From: a virus
Taxonomy: Duplodnaviria > Caudoviricetes
IMG/VR virus record: IMGVR_UViG_3300036982_000954
Location: 3,907-67,906 of that record
DNA: 64,000 nucleotides
Direction: 5' to 3' (one strand)
The translations under genes were made by a program, and so were the position numbers. Positions 30,687-39,139 of this stretch are shown piece by piece. The notes beneath the pieces are model-generated. The model saw only the letters and a program-made list of their open reading frames with translations. It did not search any database and had not been told where the DNA came from. Position 1 is the stretch's first letter. Each line of letters begins with the position of its first letter.

Positions 30687-32210
30687 TTATGCCTTGCGCT
30701 TTTTGCTCAGGGTCATGGGGACTTTCCCGAAGGTGCCCGTCGCGCCCTTGGGAGCGAAGGGTTTGACCGGGGGAATCCCACGGGCTCCGGGCTGGCCGAA
30801 CTTCGCCTGCAACTTCGCCTGCGTTGCCCGATCCTTCTCTTCCTGCTTCGCCCGCACCTTCTCCTGCTGGTCGGCCTCCTGGGCCAACTCCTCAGCATCC
30901 TGCTCGCTGAAGTTCATCACCTTGATTAGGTAGGTCTCAAAGGTCATCACAGCACGCAGACCGCTCTGGACGTAGCTGGTCAGCATCTGGCTATACTGTA
31001 GCCCTAACGCCGCCTTGTCCGCATCAGTGGGCTCGGCCAACTCCGGCCACGTTACCTCATAGTCGGCTTGGGCGGGCAGCACCCGGTTCTGCATGAGTTG
31101 GTCAATCACCGGGCGCAGGATAACCGGCTCGCAGAACTGCTCCCGGCGCTCGTCCAGGCGCGCAATCCAATTGACCTCATCCTGACTGCTGGCCAACTCG
31201 CCCCGTTCCGCACCCTGGAGGATACGTTTGGGAATGCGCGTGTCAATACTGATGAGGGTCAGGATAACGTCCACGACCCCCGCCGGGTCCGCAACCTGCG
31301 AGGGGAAGTCGTGAATCTGCACTCCCTGGAGACGCATATAGCGGCGCAGCTTGTGAATGTAGTCCTCAATCTGCTCGGTCATCGCCGCCTTATCCGTCGC
31401 CCCCATATCCGCCTCGGGATCGGCGATAAAGGCACTGCCCCGGAAGGCACCCTGCCAGTACATCTCCCCGCTGGACCCGATGGTCTGGTCCAGCATATAG
31501 AGGAAGTTATACAAGCGCTGGAGACGCGGGCGCCCATACACCTCGCTCTCCAAAGGACGCTCGATAACGTGAATGCACCGGGAAGCATGGACCAGCACGC
31601 TCTTGTCCGATCCAGTCATCGCCCCAGGGAGCGTCAGATTGTAGGTCTGGGGTAGCCCATAGCGTTCGTCCTTCGTATCCTCGACCCATTGCTGGGGCAT
31701 CGCGTGGAGTTGGCTCAACGGCACCGCATTGGTCAAAGCCAGGGTCTTCCCGCCCCGCACAGGTTCAATCGGATCGACCCCGTCGTTATAGTTCAGGTAC
31801 AATACCCCGTATTGCCCCACCCCGGTCAAACAGTCCAGGATATGCAACTTCTGCAGGATATGCACCCGCTTGTCCAAATCCTTCCACGCCTTGTTGAGGG
31901 CATCCCCGTCCTTCCCGATAGTAGCCGCTTCCCTCCAGCAACCATCCGGGGCGGCATCCACAATGCGTCCCGCAACCGGGTTGCGCTCGTACATGGCCAG
32001 ATAGTCGTACAGGCTTAGCTCACGCTTCCAGCCAAAGGATTTGTAGTAGTCCCGGTTATCGTTGAAGCTACGCCCCAACAGCCCGGCCAGACTATCACGT
32101 GACCCCAAGACCGTGGACAGGGTTCGCAGCCCCAGGAACGTCGAGGCTTGGGCCTGGGCGTTGGTCTGCATTTCCCTCAGCATCTCGGGGGTATATTTGG
32201 TTCGGCGCAT
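30687..32210 (-). CDS. portal protein (DUF1073-like)
   Basis: 507 aa; YERNPVAGRIVD, VGQYGVLY, VHASRCIH, YGRPRL, IPKRILQG; synteny. Confidence 0.85.
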   Translation of the reverse strand: MRRTKYTPEMLREMQTNAQAQASTFLGLRTLSTVLGSRDSLAGLLGRSFNDNRDYYKSFGWKRELSLYDYLAMYERNPVAGRIVDAAPDGCWREAATIGKDGDALNKAWKDLDKRVHILQKLHILDCLTGVGQYGVLYLNYNDGVDPIEPVRGGKTLALTNAVPLSQLHAMPQQWVEDTKDERYGLPQTYNLTLPGAMTGSDKSVLVHASRCIHVIERPLESEVYGRPRLQRLYNFLYMLDQTIGSSGEMYWQGAFRGSAFIADPEADMGATDKAAMTEQIEDYIHKLRRYMRLQGVQIHDFPSQVADPAGVVDVILTLISIDTRIPKRILQGAERGELASSQDEVNWIARLDERREQFCEPVILRPVIDQLMQNRVLPAQADYEVTWPELAEPTDADKAALGLQYSQMLTSYVQSGLRAVMTFETYLIKVMNFSEQDAEELAQEADQQEKVRAKQEEKDRATQAKLQAKFGQPGARGIPPVKPFAPKGATGTFGKVPMTLSKKRKA

Positions 32211-32278
32211 ATAGGGGGATTTCCTAGCTGTTTCCGGGTTTATTCTAGGTTATGGGCTCGGTGGCCTCATAGCTGGGG

Positions 32279-32737
32279 TTACTCTATCGGATTCCCCAAT
32301 GCCTTATCAAAAACCTTGATGGCCGCCTCCTTCGCCGCATACAACTCCCCTTCCTTGTCCCAAGATTTTCTAGCTGCCTCCATAGCCTTATCCGTAACCC
32401 GATCCACCGTCTCACGACTCCTGACTTGCTGCTCCTGAGATAATTTGCGGAAGCGGTCAAACAATTCCTGTCTAGCCCCCCGGCAAGCCTGGAAGGCAGA
32501 TTCCTTCCTGTCCTGCTCCTCCCTGGTTTCCCCCAAAGAGGCTCCCGCTTCAAGCAGCTTCTCAACTTTCCGGTACTCAGTGCGTCCTTTCAATAACGCG
32601 GAAAGACTGATCTTTTCACCACCTTCGTCGCCGCTGCCGCCTACTTCCCCAGGCCTACCAGCATGGCCAAAGTTCCCTGAGCCAGAACCACCAAGGGTCT
32701 TCAAAACCCTGGTCACTTGCTGTTTGTTGGTTTTCAT
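32279..32737 (-). CDS. tagged helical hypothetical protein between terL and portal
   Basis: Start at MKTNK (TAATG overlap with terL); 152 aa. Confidence 0.75.
   Translation of the reverse strand: MKTNKQQVTRVLKTLGGSGSGNFGHAGRPGEVGGSGDEGGEKISLSALLKGRTEYRKVEKLLEAGASLGETREEQDRKESAFQACRGARQELFDRFRKLSQEQQVRSRETVDRVTDKAMEAARKSWDKEGELYAAKEAAIKVFDKALGNPIE
32633..32692 (-). repeat. copy 3 of encoded tag GGSGSGNFGHAGRPGEVGGS
   Basis: Residues 16-35 of the 152-aa protein. Confidence 0.95.
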
Positions 32738-34068
32738 TACCACGCTCCGGCTCGTTTGCGTTTGCTGACTAACTTCGCATGGGCGGAACTGGCGCAATCC
32801 ACTTGGTCGTCGTGGACGAACTCGGTGGGGAAAGCAACCAGTTCATTCAGGAAACAATCATTCCAAATTCCCCGGACGAGGAGAACCAAACCGCCTTCGC
32901 AAGCTGCGCTCAGGGGTTTAGCCCGTTCGTTCTTCGGCCCGGTGCTGGGTTCCCCATGAAAGGCGTAACCGGCCAGCACATTCCGCTTGTAGTGGTCAAT
33001 GACAATCTTCCCACTGGCTCCCGGCTCTTGCTCCATCCAGATCTCACAACTGATTCCGTCTATCGCCGCAGTGGCGCGAATCAGGCGCTCAGTCATGTGG
33101 GGTGAATACTGGACGCGCTGGACGTCCTCAATCAAGTAGGTATTGTCCTGTAACCAACTCATGCGGATTCCCACCGTCCAATCGCCCGCGTCGTCGGTAG
33201 CCGCTAAATCCCACCAGCGCAGGGTGGCCTTGCGCGCCTTGGCGTCCCCCAAACTGACCAGTTTGAACCATTCCCGGCGGAACATGTTGCCCTGCTGGAC
33301 TACGGACCAATCACCGTACCGCAACTGGCGGTGAGTGACGGGGTCCAGTTTGCTGAGGGACCTCTCGTAAGATTCCCGATCCAGGTACGGGTTGTCCTCC
33401 AACGAGGCAGGCAGGAAGACCTTGGACGCGGTGTTGGGGGAATCAATGAAATGGGTCCGGGTTTCCTCGTGCGCCGGGCCACCAGGATTGCTGGCCAGCC
33501 GATAGCGCAGAGGAATGTCCCCCTTGACCTTCTCCAGGCGGCGGCACCGGCTGAATAGGTAACGCTGCTGATTCCAGGGTATCTGAGTGCTTTCATCAAT
33601 TCCAATAAAGTGGAAGGAAGCGGATTGATACCGCAAATGGTCGCTGGACGAGGCCAGATACCCAAATACCAACTTGGCGCCGCTAGGAAAGACCGCTTGC
33701 TTGGCTCCACCATCCCAGTGGACATCGGTGTTGGCTGCCCATTCCACAAACCGATCCATGATTGCCTCGGGCAGCGCCAAGTCCGCATAAGTCTTACGCA
33801 AAATCAGGGCGCTATAGCCAGGAATATCAACATACTGCAGAGCAGCCATTAGAATGCTATCACTCTTCCCTCCGCCCGCCTGACCGCCGTACAGTACCTC
33901 TAGCACATCGTCCAATAGCAGAAAGGCTTCCTGCTTGGGCGTTGGGCTATGCGGTATGTACTTCGACCATTTCGGTGTCAACAGCCTTCTCAGCCTTGGG
34001 CTTGTTGAGCAAGCCTGCTCCAAGGAGGATAGCTGCGACTTCGGCGCGTCTGCCAGCGCTGAGGTCAA
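32737..34068 (-). CDS. terL: terminase large subunit (true start may lie nearer 33981)
   Basis: YGGQAGGGKS Walker A, IGIDE Walker B, SNPGG, WDLAA, HDDQVD nuclease motifs. Confidence 0.95.
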   Translation of the reverse strand: MTSALADAPKSQLSSLEQACSTSPRLRRLLTPKWSKYIPHSPTPKQEAFLLLDDVLEVLYGGQAGGGKSDSILMAALQYVDIPGYSALILRKTYADLALPEAIMDRFVEWAANTDVHWDGGAKQAVFPSGAKLVFGYLASSSDHLRYQSASFHFIGIDESTQIPWNQQRYLFSRCRRLEKVKGDIPLRYRLASNPGGPAHEETRTHFIDSPNTASKVFLPASLEDNPYLDRESYERSLSKLDPVTHRQLRYGDWSVVQQGNMFRREWFKLVSLGDAKARKATLRWWDLAATDDAGDWTVGIRMSWLQDNTYLIEDVQRVQYSPHMTERLIRATAAIDGISCEIWMEQEPGASGKIVIDHYKRNVLAGYAFHGEPSTGPKNERAKPLSAACEGGLVLLVRGIWNDCFLNELVAFPTEFVHDDQVDCASSAHAKLVSKRKRAGAW

Positions 34069-34561
34069 GGGTAATTTCCTTTTTCTCGGTCACGGTACCA
34101 GAATGGGACACGTCTGCTTTCCCCGTCACATCCATCTTACGGGTCCAGCCAAAGCGATTCTGCATGTTCATCATGTACAGAATCGAATTGAAACGACAAT
34201 TCCAAATGTTCTCCCGGCCAACCTTCAGCCACCAAGCCTGACTGAGCAATTCCCCCACCCGGATAGCGTTGGCGAAGGACGCGTGGACCTTCTGCCACTC
34301 GAAGAGTGTGTCCGGGTTGACCCCCATCTCCAAACACAGTTCTTCCTTGCTGGCCCCCTCAGCCATACAACGCAAAACCAGCAAGGGATGAGCCTGCTCA
34401 TCATACTTGCTGCCGTTCTTACCGTTCTTATGCCCGTTCTTCATGCCCAGGGAGGCCATTTTCGTGGCCGTTACAGCACGATCATGCGGGGGTCCGTGTC
34501 CCGGCGGGGGTATGGTCCTGCGTCGCTTGCAACGTAGCTTTTTTAGGTTCTTGTACGCCAT
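33947..34561 (-). CDS. terS: terminase small subunit
   Basis: HTH ELCLEMGVNPDTLFEW, MNMQNRFGW; directly upstream of terL. Confidence 0.8.
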   Translation of the reverse strand: MAYKNLKKLRCKRRRTIPPPGHGPPHDRAVTATKMASLGMKNGHKNGKNGSKYDEQAHPLLVLRCMAEGASKEELCLEMGVNPDTLFEWQKVHASFANAIRVGELLSQAWWLKVGRENIWNCRFNSILYMMNMQNRFGWTRKMDVTGKADVSHSGTVTEKKEITLDLSAGRRAEVAAILLGAGLLNKPKAEKAVDTEMVEVHTA

Positions 34562-34797
34562 GGTTAGGCTCTAGGGTTAGAAAGACACTGGGCAGGGCAC
34601 CGCGACCCAGAACCGCGAGGGGAGGCCTGGCGATCCACGACGGAGGGCGCAGAGCGTGAGGAAAGGAGTAAGTCACGCATTGCGACGGTATGATTTGCAC
34701 CTGCCCAGTGTTGTTTCATCGGTAGCTTCTATGCAGGAAAGGGGACTTTTCCCTTTCGGTACTCAGTCCCCCAGGCCTGGAGAACCTTGGGATGCGA
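34562..34797 (-). ncRNA. candidate structured RNA / leader upstream of terS
   Basis: No credible ORF; 12-bp perfect inverted repeat 34585-34596/34700-34711 enclosing further stems; hairpin 34741-34771 with GAAA loop. Confidence 0.35.
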
Positions 34798-34920
34798 TTA
34801 CACCCCGAGGGTGCGGATGCGCGCCGCAGCGCGACGGGCGGCAGCGCCCTCGCCGCGGCGCGGCTTGCCGCCGGAGATCAGGTTCATCTTGGCGCGGGTC
34901 TCATAACTGGGGCCGCACAT
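34798..34920 (-). CDS. 40-aa Arg-rich peptide (absent from the ORF track)
   Basis: GAAAGGG RBS; MCGPSYETRAKMNLISGGKPRRGEGAAARRAAARIRTLGV; GC3-rich codons. Confidence 0.6.
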   Translation of the reverse strand: MCGPSYETRAKMNLISGGKPRRGEGAAARRAAARIRTLGV

Positions 34921-34992
34921 GGTTGAACCCTTTCATTGGGGTTTTGTGTTTACCTTCCCCTTACATCACCTGATGCGGGGGAAATCGGAAAT

Positions 34993-35259
34993 CTATCTCG
35001 TGCGGCGCTTCTTCTTCTTTGGTGCCGCACCGCCCCCACCCATCGCTCGCGAAATGCCGAACGCCCGGACTTGTCGGGTCGTAAAGGTGTTACCCTTTTT
35101 GGTTACTATCGTCCCCCCCAGGCGAGAAGGCTTCGGCTCAATCGTCCGGCGGGGAGTCCGCAACGCTCTTGCCACAGCCGCCTTCGCCCCCTTGGTCCCA
35201 CCAAGAAGGTTCTTGGCTGCGGCTTTCGCAAAAGTTGCTTTTGCACCCTTGTTACACAA
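34993..35259 (-). CDS. 88-aa Lys/Arg-rich basic protein
   Basis: GTG start with GGAAGG RBS, downstream of a sigma70-like promoter; nearly no acidic residues. Confidence 0.6.
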   Translation of the reverse strand: MCNKGAKATFAKAAAKNLLGGTKGAKAAVARALRTPRRTIEPKPSRLGGTIVTKKGNTFTTRQVRAFGISRAMGGGGAAPKKKKRRTR

Positions 35260-35293
35260 ACTACACCTTCCACACTTTTTGGGTCACTACTTT

Positions 35294-35322
35294 ACCATAG
35301 CGCGCCCGTGCATGAGAAGCAA
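35294..35322 (-). promoter_or_regulatory. sigma70-type promoter TTGCTT-N17-TATGGT for the packaging/structural operon
   Basis: Canonical spacing; sits at the replication-to-packaging boundary. Confidence 0.55.
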
Positions 35323-35328
35323 ATCAAA

Positions 35329-35982
35329 TCAAACCTTTTTTTCGCCCTTGTCCTTAGCTTCCTTAGCTTGGACTTTTCCCTCTAGAAAAGCGCCGCGCCG
35401 GCCGGGGCGAAGGGTAAACACCCGGCCTGAAACAGTAGGCAGGTCGTCGTGAGTCACAAGAATAAACTGGACCCCAAACTCAACCGCCGCCGTCTCTAAC
35501 ATGCGGCCCAGCGCATCCCGATAAGTGGGGGAAACGAAGCGGAAAGGCTCGTCCAGCACCAGTGTCGAACCGGGCTGCAGTTGCCCCGCCAACCTCAGCG
35601 TGGCCAGCCGCAAGGCGAAGGCCGTAACGTCCACTACGCCCCCACCCCGCGACTCTAGGGCATCCTCGCGGGCGCCCTTGCTTTGGAAAAACAGGCTGGC
35701 TTCGGTCTTCCCCCGCTTGGACTCAAACCTCAACCTAAAGTGAAAATCCTTTCCGAATACCCGTTTGAGGCAATTATTCACCGCGGTCCCTACTGCCCCC
35801 TCAACCCGGCTCTGTAACTGGGTAGCGAACTTCTGAAAGAGCGTCCGGGACTCCGTCAGATTGGAAATACGCCCCCGCGCCTGCCGCAACTTGCTGGTAG
35901 AATGTACCAGCCGCTGCTTAGCCTTGCGACGCTGGGAAAGGGCGGCGGTAGCCTCGGTCAACACAGTATTCCAGTTACTCAT
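35329..35982 (-). CDS. sbcC: SbcC/Rad50 C-terminal ATPase half
   Basis: SRGGGVVD signature variant, LVLDEPF Walker B, ILVTH. Confidence 0.85.
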   Translation of the reverse strand: MSNWNTVLTEATAALSQRRKAKQRLVHSTSKLRQARGRISNLTESRTLFQKFATQLQSRVEGAVGTAVNNCLKRVFGKDFHFRLRFESKRGKTEASLFFQSKGAREDALESRGGGVVDVTAFALRLATLRLAGQLQPGSTLVLDEPFRFVSPTYRDALGRMLETAAVEFGVQFILVTHDDLPTVSGRVFTLRPGRRGAFLEGKVQAKEAKDKGEKKV

Positions 35983-36208
35983 GACTGGTACTCCTTTTGG
36001 CTAAAACAGTCTCTTTAGCTATAGCAGCTTCAAAAAGACCAGTATATGCTTTATTCCAAGCGGCTTCAGCCTTAGCTAAGTTGGCAACGACTTTGGTTTT
36101 CCTGGAAACAGCCCTGGCCAAGTCCTGTTGCGCTTTATCTGTAGCACAAAGGGCTTTAGCTAGAACAGCATCAGCTTTGGTCAAAGCATCGTTTCGGTGG
36201 TTACTCAT
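35975..36208 (-). CDS. small Ala/Lys-rich coiled-coil protein
   Basis: 77 aa; locally AT-richer codons. Confidence 0.6.
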   Translation of the reverse strand: MSNHRNDALTKADAVLAKALCATDKAQQDLARAVSRKTKVVANLAKAEAAWNKAYTGLFEAAIAKETVLAKRSTSHE

Positions 36209-36435
36209 GGGATGATTTCCTTTGCCTTGCTTTCTAGTTCTTCCAATCGTGCCTCCAGCCTTTGCCGCCGGCTGTCCAAACGTTCCCTCAACTTCCCCGC
36301 TGCCTCTAGGGTACTTACCCCAAACTCCCTGGACATCTCTTCACGAATGCGTTGAATCTTTCCCTCAACCTGCTGTTGCTTATCCCGCTCCTCCTCTAGC
36401 TGCTCAATCCGCTGCCTGACTTCAGCGAGCTTCAT
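36205..36435 (-). CDS. small coiled-coil protein
   Basis: 76-aa charged heptad pattern. Confidence 0.65.
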   Translation of the reverse strand: MKLAEVRQRIEQLEEERDKQQQVEGKIQRIREEMSREFGVSTLEAAGKLRERLDSRRQRLEARLEELESKAKEIIP

Positions 36436-37357
36436 CTTTCCACTCCTTCAAAGCCTGCTCCATCACCTTCCGCACAGAATCGGAGCAGCCCTCTGCCGCT
36501 AGGAACTCCCGCAACTGCGAGGAGAAAGACAGCCCCTTCCTCAGTGCCACATCGTCCCGCAATGCTCGATGGAAATTGTTTATCTCGGCTTCCACGTCTA
36601 TGTTGCTCTTCACCGGGACCAGATCAGGGCACTTCTCAAACTTGAGAGCAGTTATCTTAGTGTCCTCGAAAGACACCACATACACCGCCGGAATGTTATC
36701 GCACTCCGCTAGGGTGTAGCGTAACAAATTACCAGGGTTAATCCAAGCCCGACCGGCCAGTGCCTCCCAACGCACCCAACACTCATGGTTATCACCCGTG
36801 ACGACTAGCCCAACGCACTCGTCTATCAAAGGCCACAACTTCTGTGCCGAATAATGACCTTCCCCATGCAGATGCTCCGCCCAAGGCGGGCACTTGTCCC
36901 GCCACATAAGCGTATGTCCCAACACCACGTTGAACTCCGAAGACCAGTTCCGTTTGACAGTAGGAGGCACATTCAAGCCTAGCGGGTAAATCCAAGCGGA
37001 GGACTCCAACTGCGTAGGCTTATGCAGCACCTGAACCGTCCCGGCCACTTCCAGCAGATGCAGCGCACTTTGGGAATAGTACCCCATGCTGTGATAGGGC
37101 AGGTCGTGATTGCCCGGAATACAGAAAACCTTGGGTGGGATGTTCTGAATCAGGAAACTCAAAAAGCCGGGGCGCTGGCGCCAATAGTTGCAAATATCCC
37201 CCGCCACCAGAATCGGGCAATTATCATAACGGATGGACAGGTCGCCCAGCCACTTCAACTTTCGGGCCTGGGTATCCAACCAGTTCTCGTGCTCCGTCCG
37301 GCAAGAGGGTTTGATTTCGTCGAGATGCCAATCAGCCGTGACAATCAAATGGTTCAC
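36422..37357 (-). CDS. sbcD: SbcD/Mre11-like metallophosphoesterase nuclease
   Basis: GTG start; ADWH, AGDI, PGNHD, GDNH, INPG motifs. Confidence 0.85.
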   Translation of the reverse strand: MNHLIVTADWHLDEIKPSCRTEHENWLDTQARKLKWLGDLSIRYDNCPILVAGDICNYWRQRPGFLSFLIQNIPPKVFCIPGNHDLPYHSMGYYSQSALHLLEVAGTVQVLHKPTQLESSAWIYPLGLNVPPTVKRNWSSEFNVVLGHTLMWRDKCPPWAEHLHGEGHYSAQKLWPLIDECVGLVVTGDNHECWVRWEALAGRAWINPGNLLRYTLAECDNIPAVYVVSFEDTKITALKFEKCPDLVPVKSNIDVEAEINNFHRALRDDVALRKGLSFSSQLREFLAAEGCSDSVRKVMEQALKEWKDEAR

Positions 37358-38217
37358 TTGGACTCTCCCAGCGTTTGACCACAGGTCGGGCAAGTATCAG
37401 GCAATCCCTCAGTCAGGGTGGAAACCCGCTCGCTTAGTTCTGCCTCCTCCGCCTCGGCCGCCTCTAGCTCCTCCATGATGGACACAAGACCGGACAGCTT
37501 GACAATCAGTACCTCCAACCGCTTCAATACCTCCAACCTTTCCCCTACGGGCTGTGGCTTTCCTAACTCCCGCAATTCCCCCACCAACCGCGATAGCCGC
37601 TCACCCTGCCCCTCTACCTTTTCCAACTTAGCCTGAACCGCCAGCCCTTCCCGTGCAATGGGAATAGCTTTGTCCGCCCATTCGGATTCCCGCAATTCAG
37701 CAAGGGTCTGTTCCCGCTCCTCCTCAGCCCGCGTCCGCTCCTCGGTAACGGCGCGCAGCTTTACTGATAGCCAGTTGAAAATCCCCTGGATCTCGTCCAA
37801 CCCCGCAGCCCGACTCAACTGCCGCGCCGCCTCGCCCGCCGACCGGGATAGCATAAAGGGCGAGTCCATCTGGCCTTGAAAGTGATCCTCCTCCAAAGGC
37901 AATACTTTTGCCACCGCCTCGGGGACTTCCCCGCGCATCGCCTCCAGCCACTTGCCATTTACCCGATAGCCGTTCTTCCCGTCGCGCTTTCTTACCACTA
38001 CTCCCTTGTCCGTCTCGACCAGCACCCTGGTCTGCTCGGTGCCGTGCCGCCGATAGGATTCCCCCAAAGGACGGTTGAATCTAACCCAACGCAGCCCGCG
38101 CACGATAGCAGTCTTGCCTACATCCGAAGGGCCGATGATAATGTTCACCCCACGGGAAAGACGGAGGCTCGTATCAAAGTGCGACTGGAAGTTCCGCAGA
38201 TGAAGGCGCTTTATCAT
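37354..38217 (-). CDS. sbcC: SbcC/Rad50 N-terminal ATPase half ending in a Zn hook
   Basis: NFQSH, IGPSDVGKT Walker A, coiled coil, CPTCG at the C-terminus. Confidence 0.85.
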   Translation of the reverse strand: MIKRLHLRNFQSHFDTSLRLSRGVNIIIGPSDVGKTAIVRGLRWVRFNRPLGESYRRHGTEQTRVLVETDKGVVVRKRDGKNGYRVNGKWLEAMRGEVPEAVAKVLPLEEDHFQGQMDSPFMLSRSAGEAARQLSRAAGLDEIQGIFNWLSVKLRAVTEERTRAEEEREQTLAELRESEWADKAIPIAREGLAVQAKLEKVEGQGERLSRLVGELRELGKPQPVGERLEVLKRLEVLIVKLSGLVSIMEELEAAEAEEAELSERVSTLTEGLPDTCPTCGQTLGESK

Positions 38218-38867
38218 AGAAAGCACTCCCCTCTCTTGGCAATAGCACGCTTTATCCGTCGCACACTTATCTCAAAGAACTTGTCAACCACTTCCACCCC
38301 CACAAATGGTAAACCCATCCTAACGCAGGCTACTCCCGTCGTGCCACTGCCCATATATGGGTCACAAACGAGTTCACCCTCTTTAGCCTTCAACTGCTCC
38401 AGACACCACTGCATTAACACCAAAGGCTTTTGCGCCGGGTGAACCTTCTCCTCACCCTCCGCCTTATTAACATAAGCATCTATTCGAGACATCCGAAAGA
38501 CTTTGGGGGGCAAGTCCGCCTTTACCCAGGCCAACTCACAATCGGCTCCCCTATTACTCTGCAACTTGTCCCATACAAACCAACACCGAGACACCCCCAA
38601 ATCATAGAAGTTCCCTCCCCAAATAACACAACGATTTGCCTTTGACAACTGCTCCACAAACGGGTCGAGCTTGTCCCACCTTTGCATTTGCCCCCACAAA
38701 GGGGATTTTCCATTCCGACCGTGAAAGCCTCGCTTCCAAGCCTTCCCCAGTCCATAGGGGGGATCGGTGAGAACTATAGGAAACCCCGCTACATCCGACA
38801 AAACCTGCTTTGCCTTCCCTCGGTAGAGTCTCACTCCGTACCGACGATTTTCCCAATCGGGCTTCAC
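38214..38867 (-). CDS. DNA methyltransferase (N6-A/N4-C, beta-class order)
   Basis: TDPPYG, HPAQKP, DPYMGSGTT. Confidence 0.9.
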   Translation of the reverse strand: MKPDWENRRYGVRLYRGKAKQVLSDVAGFPIVLTDPPYGLGKAWKRGFHGRNGKSPLWGQMQRWDKLDPFVEQLSKANRCVIWGGNFYDLGVSRCWFVWDKLQSNRGADCELAWVKADLPPKVFRMSRIDAYVNKAEGEEKVHPAQKPLVLMQWCLEQLKAKEGELVCDPYMGSGTTGVACVRMGLPFVGVEVVDKFFEISVRRIKRAIAKRGECFL

Positions 38868-39139
38868 TTTGTCCTCCTCTGCCGCTTCCCCAAATGGGCG
38901 GTGCGCAAGCGGCGGTGTTGATGAAACCCGCCATCGGAAAACCCACTATCAATCTTGCACGATACCACCCGCTTCAGCAAAGCGTGGTGGGCGGCGAACC
39001 CTTCGTTGGCCGACGCTATCGCGGCCCGAATGCGCCGAACCGCTATGTCAAAATAGTCCTGCTCGATCTCTACCCCCACAAAGGGCAGCCCCATCCTAAC
39101 GCAGGCTACTCCCGTCGTGCCACTGCCCATATATGGGTC
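38314..39139. repeat. identical 50-bp direct repeat (38314-38363 and 39090-39139) in the two MTase genes
   Basis: cccatcctaacgcaggctactcccgtcgtgccactgcccatatatgggtc read at both positions. Confidence 0.9.
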
